DNA of 64,000 nucleotides from Bacillales bacterium UBA4278 (GTDB lineage Bacteria; Bacillota_I; Bacilli_A; RFN20; CAG-826), in NCBI GenBank assembly GCA_002395065.1, contig DGVS01000008.1, positions 807 through 64,806 on the forward strand. Direction: 5' to 3'. Below, in pieces: positions 41,377 to 49,678 of the stretch. Both the position numbers and the translations under genes were made by a program. How positions within the stretch are numbered: position 1 is the stretch's first letter; every line of letters begins with the position of its first letter. The notes under the pieces are model-generated. The model was not told the DNA's origin. It did no database searches and saw nothing but the letters and a program-made list of their open reading frames with translations.

Positions 41377-42252
41377 ATGGCAAAACTTCAATGTTTTAGA
41401 AATATCCTTATCAAAACCTGCCCGGTTTTTTATGTGAAAAAACAATACAAATACATTACTCATCACAAACTTAATTTAAAAAATCCGGTACGCTATACCG
41501 AAAAACTTCAATACTTGCGTTTGTTCGTATACCCAAAAGATTTAGAGGTTATTCGTTGCGCATCTCGCGACGGTGCACGCGAATATTTAAAAGAACAAGG
41601 ATTCGAAGATTTACTGATTAAGTCATATGGTGTTTTTGATCGATTCGAAGATATTGACTTTAAAAAACTTCCAAACCAATTTGTTTTAAAATGTACACAC
41701 GCCTGTGCGTTTAATGAGATAGTTAGAGACAAGTCTAAATTCGATCTCGAAGCATCTAGAAAGAAATTTCATAAGTGGCTTAATACAAATTACGGCAATA
41801 TGACTTGTGAAAAACATTATTCGCCAATCAAACCACGAATAATCGTTGAAGAATATATTGGCGAACTTGAACACCTTCCCACAGAATACAAAATACATGT
41901 CTTCAATGGCAAGGCAAAATCGCTTTACGTTGTTACTGGCAGAGGCGAAGATATTCGCTATAACAATTACTACATTGATTGGACGCCATTTGATGGTTCT
42001 CAGTTTAATGGGTGGAAGAAAACGGATTATGAATTAGAAAAGCCAAAGAACTGGGAAAGAATGGTTAAGATTTCTGAACAATTAGGAAAAATCTTCCCAT
42101 TTGTTCGTGTTGATTTATACAACATAAATGGAAAGATTTATTTCTCTGAACTGACGTTCACCCCTGCAAAAGGCACATTAATTCTTGATGATGATAAGTG
42201 TGATTTTGAAATGGGAGAATGGTTAGATATCTCAAAATTTTTAAAACATTAA
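41377..42252 (+). CDS. TupA-like ATP-grasp amidoligase family protein
   Basis: KLQYLRL, FVLKCTHACAFN, IIVEEYI, EYKIHVFNGKAKSLYVV and VRVDLYNINGKIYFSELTFTPAKG match the TupA-like ATP-grasp pattern seen in teichuronopeptide/capsule loci. Confidence 0.75.
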   Translation: MAKLQCFRNILIKTCPVFYVKKQYKYITHHKLNLKNPVRYTEKLQYLRLFVYPKDLEVIRCASRDGAREYLKEQGFEDLLIKSYGVFDRFEDIDFKKLPNQFVLKCTHACAFNEIVRDKSKFDLEASRKKFHKWLNTNYGNMTCEKHYSPIKPRIIVEEYIGELEHLPTEYKIHVFNGKAKSLYVVTGRGEDIRYNNYYIDWTPFDGSQFNGWKKTDYELEKPKNWERMVKISEQLGKIFPFVRVDLYNINGKIYFSELTFTPAKGTLILDDDKCDFEMGEWLDISKFLKH

Positions 42253-43049
42253 TACCAAACAGAACCTGGAAGGAGCACTTCATAAAGCATAATGCTGAAG
42301 TGTTCTTTTTCTTTGTTTGGATCGCTTGTGTAATCGTCTGTAATCTCGTATCCAGAATATTGAGTTTTATCTTTTAGTTCAAATTCAAAGGACATGGCAT
42401 CAGCTCCATAAATCTTTGAACCAACTTCTTCGGTAAAATCCATTTGGACATATGTCGTGTTTCCATTGTTATCTGATGAGATTGGTAAATCGGCGAACAC
42501 AAAATCAACTCTGTTATATGTGTTTGTTCCTTCTACGCGTACATAGAACTTCATGGTTACATCAACTTTAATCTTGGTATAAGGCTTTCTTGCCTCAGAA
42601 CTTGGGAAGGAAATAGTTGTACCTCCTCGCAGTGCAAAAGCTAATCCTTGGCTACCACGATATTCTTTGGGAAAGAACGTTCCATAACCAGTCTTGTTTA
42701 ACTGAACTCTTGAACGGGTTGTAAGACCGTCACAACGTAATCTTCCATCATAAAGTTTAGATAAATAGCCATATGAAAATTTGTCTTCTTCTTTAATTAA
42801 ATTCTTCACATCAAATCCATAATCTGAATGGTCATTAGGAATCTCTTTATTATCGAGATATACAAGATTTGACACGTGAATTGTGGAGATTTCTCCAATT
42901 TCCACTTTGTCTACACCACCCCATTCAGTGTAATAGTTGTTATCGAAAACTGAGGAATTATAACGACCATGTTCGAATGATTCATCGGTCTTTCTACAAC
43001 CAACAAGAACCATTGCTAAAACAGGAAGAATTAAGTATCTCTTTTTCAT
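42249..43049 (-). CDS. Lipoprotein, function unknown (glycan-locus associated)
   Basis: MKKRYLILPVLAMVLVGC lipobox. Its start overlaps the stop of the upstream Wzy-like gene by 4 nt. Confidence 0.8.
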   Translation of the reverse strand: MKKRYLILPVLAMVLVGCRKTDESFEHGRYNSSVFDNNYYTEWGGVDKVEIGEISTIHVSNLVYLDNKEIPNDHSDYGFDVKNLIKEEDKFSYGYLSKLYDGRLRCDGLTTRSRVQLNKTGYGTFFPKEYRGSQGLAFALRGGTTISFPSSEARKPYTKIKVDVTMKFYVRVEGTNTYNRVDFVFADLPISSDNNGNTTYVQMDFTEEVGSKIYGADAMSFEFELKDKTQYSGYEITDDYTSDPNKEKEHFSIMLYEVLLPGSVWY

Positions 43050-44494
43050 TGTTTTTCCTCCTGATCGCTATCGCTAAAATCATATTCTTCAACCGCCGAA
43101 ATACCTTTGCCTGTATCAGCTTGTTTTTTAATTTTCTTCTCAAATTCAACCGGTTCTATACCTTTGGCATTGGCGACGTAACCAAGTAAAAAAAGCAGAA
43201 CCATAAACATCGTAAAGCGGCTAAATGAATTCAAATAGGTGCTAACGTGTATTAATGGAAATGTTTCAAACGCAACTGAATAATAAAGAACAAAAATAAT
43301 TAAAAATGTAATAATGACTGATTTTGTAAGATGACTATCATTGCTTTTTGAAACATAGCGCTTTGTTGCAAAGAACGAAAAGACTCCAAAAACAACTAGA
43401 GCAATTAAGGCAAAAATTCCACCCTCTTTTAAAACTTCTAATTCAAAATGTCCGCTAGAAGACATTAATGCCTTTTCTGTTGCTCCATATACATCTTCGA
43501 TATTTCCGGCTTTAAAACCAAATAGGTTATACGGCTTAAGAGCTGGGGCTAAAACATCATTGATGCCAGACATAACATGATTTGTGTTGAATAAATGATC
43601 AGTGAACGAGTTGGCGGCAATCGCTTTTGCAAACCCTTCTGAAACATTATTTAAAACAACAAGGAAAACACCAATTCCAATTAATGTAAGGATAACAATT
43701 AACGCCCACTTTAATAATTTTTTAAATAATTCGTTATCCTTGAAAAACTTATAAATAGAGCCAATCACTAAAATAATTGCAAGGAATATAATTCCGGTTA
43801 GCGATGTAACTGTTGCTATAGCAACAATTGAAATAACGGCATAAATTGAAACAATCAAAAACTTTTTTGTTTCTTTTTTTCGATCAATAAAGAACAGGGC
43901 CGGAATCGACGTAGCTAGTAGGACAGCAAATTGTGTGCCATAAGAAATTGTTGATTCATAAAATTTTAAACCAATTATCACACTCATTTCTTTGGTAAGG
44001 TCAATTACCTCACCACGATAATAACCATCTGGTCTGGAAGAATAGATTAAAGGATAAAATGGCCCGTAATCGAACCATGTAGCGAACATATTGATTAACA
44101 CGAGCAAAGCCAATCCACCACCAATGCAAATTAAGGCAAGTTCAATGTTAAACGATTCGTTTCTTCTGGCACTCAGTCCCATGAAAAAGAATCCAAGAAT
44201 ACCAAATAGAGCGCAAATATTATTCAGTGTGTTCCCGGCGTAATAATCTGATCCACCAAAACTTACAAGAACAGCAAAAATAATTAGCGGAATAATTAAA
44301 ACTAGCAGTCTTACTAATTCGCCTTTTTTAAATTGACTGCCACTCGTTATGAACGAAAAAACCGCTACCAAAAATCCGGCAACGTGAAAAACGATATTAA
44401 CACCACCAAGCCCAAAGGTCGTTAAGGCTAGAACCTCAAAAATTAGGAACGCTACGATTCCTTCATAAGCTTTGAGTGAATTTTTTACAGTCAT
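43046..44494 (-). CDS. O-antigen polymerase/ligase-like (Wzy_C-type) membrane protein
   Basis: 482 aa, about 11-12 TM with a larger external loop and an acidic cytoplasmic tail. Located in a Wzx/GT locus. The family assignment rests on architecture only. Confidence 0.6.
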   Translation of the reverse strand: MTVKNSLKAYEGIVAFLIFEVLALTTFGLGGVNIVFHVAGFLVAVFSFITSGSQFKKGELVRLLVLIIPLIIFAVLVSFGGSDYYAGNTLNNICALFGILGFFFMGLSARRNESFNIELALICIGGGLALLVLINMFATWFDYGPFYPLIYSSRPDGYYRGEVIDLTKEMSVIIGLKFYESTISYGTQFAVLLATSIPALFFIDRKKETKKFLIVSIYAVISIVAIATVTSLTGIIFLAIILVIGSIYKFFKDNELFKKLLKWALIVILTLIGIGVFLVVLNNVSEGFAKAIAANSFTDHLFNTNHVMSGINDVLAPALKPYNLFGFKAGNIEDVYGATEKALMSSSGHFELEVLKEGGIFALIALVVFGVFSFFATKRYVSKSNDSHLTKSVIITFLIIFVLYYSVAFETFPLIHVSTYLNSFSRFTMFMVLLFLLGYVANAKGIEPVEFEKKIKKQADTGKGISAVEEYDFSDSDQEEKQ

Positions 44495-44506
44495 ACGTAA
44501 ATTATA

Positions 44507-44986
44507 TTACTTATGATATGTTTCGTGATTTAAAATTTTGAAAGAACGGTAGATTTGTTCCAAAAGAACCAATCTAGTCATCTGATGAAGAAAAGTCATT
44601 TTTGAAAGAGAAATCGATGTGTTTGCTCTCTTTTTAAGCTCATCAGAAAGTCCATACGATCCGCCGATGACAAAAGTTAAAAAAGCGCCTGCAAATTCCA
44701 ACTTTTTTTGCAAAAATGTAGCAAATTCTTCTGAAGAAAATTCCCTGCAATTCATATCTAAATTTATTATAACATCACTACTCTTAACCAATTTCAAAAC
44801 GCGTTTTCCCTCTTCGTTTTTTGCACGTTCAATATCTGATTGATTTGGGTTATCTTTTACAGGTGAATCTGCCACTTCCACTATTTCAACATCGCAGTAT
44901 GGTTTAATTCTTTTAACGTATTCGAAAATACCCGATTTCAAATAATCTTCTTTGATTTTTCCAATAGTAATAATTCGAATTCGCAT
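44507..44986 (-). CDS. rlmH: 23S rRNA (pseudouridine1915-N3)-methyltransferase
   Basis: 159 aa SPOUT protein: MRIRIITIGKIK...VIGGSYGL...LSLSKMTFLHQM.R..L.EQIYR. Confidence 0.93.
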   Translation of the reverse strand: MRIRIITIGKIKEDYLKSGIFEYVKRIKPYCDVEIVEVADSPVKDNPNQSDIERAKNEEGKRVLKLVKSSDVIINLDMNCREFSSEEFATFLQKKLEFAGAFLTFVIGGSYGLSDELKKRANTSISLSKMTFLHQMTRLVLLEQIYRSFKILNHETYHK

Positions 44987-45011
44987 GAACTTATTATACT
45001 GAAATAACTTT

Positions 45012-45046
45012 TCTATAAAAAGAAAACTCTAGCTCTTAACTAGAGT
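45012..45046 (-). terminator. Intrinsic terminator downstream of ssrA
   Basis: Minus strand ACTCTAG-ttaagag-CTAGAGT stem followed by TTTTCTTTTT. Confidence 0.7.
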
Positions 45047-45056
45047 AAGTCTTCAT

Positions 45057-45451
45057 TGGTGGAGTCGGCGGGCATCGCACCCGTGTCCACAGAAGGCCCC
45101 ACAATAACGTCTACAGCTTAGACGATATTAGTGATCTCGTATGTTCTTTGCATATCGCCTGCTTGAACAATACAATGTTCATTAACGTTCGACAATGATT
45201 AGCGAACCAACTGTCATTATCTATCCTTTTGGTATGACACCTACTTCAAGCGTGAAAGGCTAAAACCTTGAAGGGCGGTCTGTCCGGCGCCTAGCGTCGG
45301 TCCCTATGTCGGGTCGCTTATGCGAAGCAGACGGCTTGAGCTCTAGGAGCTCTCATATAACTGTTGTCAGTTATTTTGTTTTGATGATAACGTCATCACT
45401 CGGCTGCAGTTAATGCCAGGCAATCATCCGTGTCGAAACTATATCGACCCC
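45057..45451 (-). ncRNA. ssrA: tmRNA (transfer-messenger RNA)
   Basis: The 5' end GGGGTCGATATAGTTTCGACACGG pairs with the 3' end ...GGACACGGGTGCGATGCCCGCCGACTCCACCA, forming an acceptor stem with a G3-U pair and a CCA end. The internal reading frame is ...AAAATAACT GAC AAC AGT TAT ATG AGA GCT CCT AGA GCT CAA GCC GTC TGC TTC GCA TAA. Confidence 0.93.
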
Positions 45452-45463
45452 AAATGTGTGATT

Positions 45464-45492
45464 ATCTTATCACGGTAATTAGTTTTCTACAA
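45464..45492 (-). promoter_or_regulatory. Candidate ssrA promoter
   Basis: Minus strand TTGTAG (45492..45487), 17-nt spacer, TAAGAT (45469..45464), about 12 nt upstream of the mature 5' end. Confidence 0.4.
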
Positions 45493-45539
45493 ATATTTAT
45501 TTGTTTTGCCCAATTTCTTTGATAACATATATTGCGCTA

Positions 45540-46609
45540 TGAAAAACTTCAAATTAATTCTCAAATCACTATTCTCAAATAATGCTGCCGTTGAAGGTGC
45601 TCGTCACCGTCCATGGTATTTCGCAGTAATTATGTTCTTTGTATCAATGGTTCTTGCATTGGTACCAATCTTTGTAACAAACGTCTCTAAACGCGGATCT
45701 GATGTTGTTAAAAACTATAGTTACAACATGGATAATCTTTCTCTTCGCTTTAGCGAAGAATTAAAAAACAAGAACGTTGAACTAGAAGTTAGTTACAACG
45801 AAGCGGAAAAGAAAAACATCCTCATTACTGACCAAAGTGCATGGGATGCCGCGTTCCCTGAAACATACAAATTTAAAGACGTTGATTATCATGTTTATGT
45901 CCACAAGAACGAGGCTGCTCAAAACGATCTTCTTGCCTATTATTTAGGCGCAATGTTAAGCAGCGATCTTTCTGATTTTGCCAAATCTGTTGAGCAATTC
46001 TATAAGGACAGCAACACAAATTTACCAAGTTTAATCATCATGACTGATAGCCAATTTGTCGTTTATGTCTGCAATCCACAAAGAGGCGCAACAATTGGTT
46101 CTGTTGTTGGAGATTACCAATCTACTAAAGTAGGTTGGAAATTAAATCAACTTCTTTCAGAAAAACCACACGCTACCGCTGACGAATACGCCGAGTACCG
46201 CGCGGAAACATGGAATAACTGGAAATCCTTCTATGATGAGGTTTACAACAAAAACCGCATTACAGGAACCTGGACTACAACATTAATTATGCTTGGTATT
46301 GATGCTGCTTTAGTCTTCTTTATGGGCTTAATGGTCTTCATCTTAACAAGAGGAAAGAACAACCCATTCCGCATCTACACCTTCTGGGAATCAATGAAGG
46401 TTGCGATGTGGGCCGCCAACATGCCTGCTGTCTTAACATGTGGCCTCGGATTCTTAATCACTGGATTCATGCAAGTGTTATTCGCACTTCTCATCGGTGT
46501 CCGCGTTATGTGGTTAACAATGAAAACGCTTGGGCCAAACAATGCTCCAACCCCGTCTTCCAATTACAAGGAAGTCAAAACGGTTACAGCAAAACCAAGT
46601 AAAAAATAA
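45540..46609 (+). CDS. Membrane protein (N-terminal TM, about 200-aa external domain, 3-4 C-terminal TM), unknown function
   Basis: 356 aa from ATG 45540 (MKNFKLILKSLF). The start is uncertain: there is no clear RBS, and the track uses TTG 45506. Confidence 0.65.
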
Positions 46610-46615
46610 GAAAGT

Positions 46616-46650
46616 TAAAAACCTGCGAGTCAATCAATCGCAGGTTTTTT
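46616..46650. terminator. Bidirectional intrinsic terminator
   Basis: ACCTGCGA-gtcaatcaa-TCGCAGGT flanked by A5 and T6, located between convergent genes. Confidence 0.85.
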
Positions 46651-46987
46651 AGTCGCCGTAATCAGAGCCTCGAGATTTATCTTCGAAGTAGACATTTATT
46701 GGGTCAGTCACATCAGTGAATTCAAGTAATTTGAACCCTTCAATTTCAATGAACGGATTTTCAAAATCATTGACAAAAATCACATTTTTTCTTTCAAAAG
46801 CTGTCTTTTTTAATTGTTGGATAACCTTATCAAAATTTTCTGGTTGAATTTCTTTAAAGATCATTAGTTGAGTATAAAAAGTTGGCTCAATATAAAACTT
46901 TTCACCAGTCGGAAACTGAAAACCACGGATGAAAGATGTATGTTCATCTTGTAGCGAAATTAAATCATTAAATTCTTCGTAGTTCAT
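46649..46987 (-). CDS. Small acidic hypothetical protein
   Basis: 112 aa from ATG 46987 (MNYEEFNDLISL), overlapping the upstream MBL gene stop by 4 nt. No family recognised. Confidence 0.55.
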   Translation of the reverse strand: MNYEEFNDLISLQDEHTSFIRGFQFPTGEKFYIEPTFYTQLMIFKEIQPENFDKVIQQLKKTAFERKNVIFVNDFENPFIEIEGFKLLEFTDVTDPINVYFEDKSRGSDYGD

Positions 46988-47730
46988 TCCTTTCCTCCTA
47001 GAGTCATTTCGAATTGGTTCGCACAATGAATTTTAATTCCTTGTGTTTTTATTTTACGCTTCCTAAATATTTTTTCATATGCAGAAAGAGCTTTTTCAGG
47101 AGTGTTTGCTTCCTGAGATAGATGCGCTAGAACAATCTCTTTTGTCTTTGGACCAATTGAATCAGCCATATAAAAAGCAGAGTCTTCGTTACATAAGTGA
47201 CCGTGGTCAGAAAGTATTCTTTGTTTTAAGACTTCTGGGCGGTTTGTTTTAAGTAACATTCTTCGATCATGGTTTGATTCAATGATGTAGTAATCGGCAT
47301 TTTTAATCATCTCTAACGTTTTATCTGGGATAAAACCTGTATCGGTTAGATAAACAAGTGTCTCCTGATCTGCGCTAACAATATAACCAACAGTATTCGG
47401 TGCATCATGAGACGCTTCAATTGCAATTATATCTAATCCATTTATATGAAATTTCTTGCCGATTTTAACAATGTTAATATCACCGCATTCATATGTGCCT
47501 TTTGTGCAATAGATTGGAAGCGGATCAAGATAACCAATTCCAAGCGTATGATCGCTATGTGAATGGGTAATTAAAAGAGCATCAATATCTAACAATTTTT
47601 TATTCCAAACAGCCAATCCTTCTTTTAAGCATTTCAAAGAAATACCCATATCAATTAAAAGAACGCAACCGTTATGTTCGATAAGGGTTGCGTTTCCTTT
47701 TGATCCTGACTGAATTACATTAAATTTCAT
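46984..47730 (-). CDS. MBL-fold metallo-hydrolase (YycJ/WalJ-like)
   Basis: HSHSDH metal motif, 248 aa, directly downstream of dnaB (1-nt overlap). Confidence 0.85.
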   Translation of the reverse strand: MKFNVIQSGSKGNATLIEHNGCVLLIDMGISLKCLKEGLAVWNKKLLDIDALLITHSHSDHTLGIGYLDPLPIYCTKGTYECGDINIVKIGKKFHINGLDIIAIEASHDAPNTVGYIVSADQETLVYLTDTGFIPDKTLEMIKNADYYIIESNHDRRMLLKTNRPEVLKQRILSDHGHLCNEDSAFYMADSIGPKTKEIVLAHLSQEANTPEKALSAYEKIFRKRKIKTQGIKIHCANQFEMTLGGKE

Positions 47731-49217
47731 TAGTCGCGGTTTAAATAGCTTACACGTTCTTTTTCCAAGGCAAGAATTTGCTCACTTGCTTCTTTAGAAG
47801 GAGAATCAAATTTGCAGAATGCTTTACGGAATAATAATTCAACAGTTCCCATCTTTCCAGAACGGTTCTTCACGATTTGAACATTGACCATAATTGTGTC
47901 TTCTCCGCCTTCAGCACGAGCAATCTTTTGCTGTGCCTCGTTCACAGCGTCATTTTGTTTTTCGAAAATGGATTTATTTGCTCCACCACTATTAACAGTC
48001 ATTCTATTTTCTTGAAGCATCATAACAATATCGGCATCTTGTTCAATAGAACCGGATTCACGAAGGTCTGATAGTTGTGGGTTGGCGTTAACACGATTTT
48101 CAATGTTACGATTTAACTGAGCAACACCAATAACTGGAATTTGTAAATCCATTGCCAGTTTTTTAAGTGTTTGGGAAATCATTTGTACCTCTAGTTGTCG
48201 GGATTCTGATTTGGTTTTACCAACAACGCGAACAAGGCCGATATAGTCAACAATAATAAGTGATAAATCTGGTTCTTTGTTTTTAAGTTTGCGGCATTTT
48301 GCGGCAAGGTCAAACAAAGAGATACCAGACGTGTCATCAACATAAATCTTGGTTTCACCAAGACGTTCACAGGATTGTTGCAATTTTAATCTTGTATTTG
48401 GAGTGATGTTATAACCGGTTTGTAACCAGTCAAATGGAACGTTAGCATCACCCGAAACTAAACGCTTAAATAGCAAATCTGAAGGCATTTCTAATGAGAA
48501 ATATGCAACAGGATAGCCTCGTAACGCAGCATTCATTGCTAGGTTTAATGAAAGGGCCGTTTTGCCAACTCCTGGACGAGCAGCAATGACAATAAATTCG
48601 CCTTTATGGAACCCGTGAGTTAACAAGTTCATCTTCGGGAAACCTGTTGGAACGCCTGTAACAGTGTCGTCAGATGTTGTTGCTCTTAAATCTTTAAATT
48701 CCTGAGAAAGTTTAGTTGTTACCTCTCGTGCTGATTGGAAATCACCAATACGGCGTCTTTCAGTAACAGTATTAATTGCTTTTTCACTGATTGATAAGAA
48801 ATCCGAAACATTGTCGATATCGTTGTTCTTATAGTTGTCTTCAATTTTTTCAAGTGTTTCCAAGAAATGTCTTAAAAGAGATTGGTCTTGGACGATCTTG
48901 ATATAGTTTTCAATGTTAGCGAATGTTACAACACTATCAGCGAGTTCAAGAAGGTATTCTGGACCGCCTGATGTTTCTAAATCTTTAGCGTTGATTAATT
49001 CATCAACGACTGTTTGAACGTCAACTGCTGTTCCACGTTTAAAACAACGTTGCATAGCTTGGAAAATAACAACGTGATTCTTATTCTCTGGAAAGAAATC
49101 ATCATCGGTTAATTTGCCAACGCCATCACTTAAAATTGAGGAGCTCTTTAGCATTGCACCCAGTACGGCTTTTTCGGCTTCTGTGTTATGAGGTAAATCT
49201 TTTTTATTAATTGCCAT
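47730..49217 (-). CDS. dnaB: Replicative DNA helicase
   Basis: N-terminal PHNTEAEKAVLGAML, Walker A ARPGVGKTA, LRESGSIEQDAD. Confidence 0.96.
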   Translation of the reverse strand: MAINKKDLPHNTEAEKAVLGAMLKSSSILSDGVGKLTDDDFFPENKNHVVIFQAMQRCFKRGTAVDVQTVVDELINAKDLETSGGPEYLLELADSVVTFANIENYIKIVQDQSLLRHFLETLEKIEDNYKNNDIDNVSDFLSISEKAINTVTERRRIGDFQSAREVTTKLSQEFKDLRATTSDDTVTGVPTGFPKMNLLTHGFHKGEFIVIAARPGVGKTALSLNLAMNAALRGYPVAYFSLEMPSDLLFKRLVSGDANVPFDWLQTGYNITPNTRLKLQQSCERLGETKIYVDDTSGISLFDLAAKCRKLKNKEPDLSLIIVDYIGLVRVVGKTKSESRQLEVQMISQTLKKLAMDLQIPVIGVAQLNRNIENRVNANPQLSDLRESGSIEQDADIVMMLQENRMTVNSGGANKSIFEKQNDAVNEAQQKIARAEGGEDTIMVNVQIVKNRSGKMGTVELLFRKAFCKFDSPSKEASEQILALEKERVSYLNRD

Positions 49218-49228
49218 AGTCTCCTCCT

Positions 49229-49678
49229 TTACTTACTTTCTGTGACATGAACGTTAATTTCGCCAATCACACCTTTGTATAATTCAATTTGTAATTTTGT
49301 ATATCCGAATGAATCAACGACTGCTTTATTGACGAATTTTCGCTTGTCGATTTCAATGTTATATTTGCTTTGTAATTCGGCGGCAATTTGTTTAGACGAG
49401 ATTGTTCCAAACATTCTTCCACCTGTCCCAGCATTTGCACTAAATTCAAGAACAATATCTTTGAGTTTTACAGCAATATCTTTGGCTTTTGCAATGTTTT
49501 TTGCAATTTCTGCTGCCTCATCTGCTTTTTGATTATTTAGAATCTCGAGAGACTTTTCTGAATACATAACTGCAAGACCATGAGGAATCAAATAATTTGC
49601 GCCATAACCGTCTTTTACATTGACGATTTCTTGTTTCTTTCCAACGCCTTTAACGTCCTTTAATAAGATAACTTTCAT
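49229..49678 (-). CDS. rplI: 50S ribosomal protein L9
   Basis: MKVILLKDVKGVGKK...V.VKDGYGANYLIP.GLA. Confidence 0.96.
   Translation of the reverse strand: MKVILLKDVKGVGKKQEIVNVKDGYGANYLIPHGLAVMYSEKSLEILNNQKADEAAEIAKNIAKAKDIAVKLKDIVLEFSANAGTGGRMFGTISSKQIAAELQSKYNIEIDKRKFVNKAVVDSFGYTKLQIELYKGVIGEINVHVTESK

Noticed and set aside
45301-45400. Alternative tmRNA tag frames, for example DDVIIKTK-stop ending at the TAA in AAAATAACT, or a frame ending at the TAG in CTCCTAG.
   Set aside because: Those frames end before or within the usual resume-codon context and give tags without the hydrophobic Ala-terminal end. The frame ending ...AVCFA-TAA fits the Bacillus-like AUAACU-resume context best, although the exact resume codon remains uncertain.
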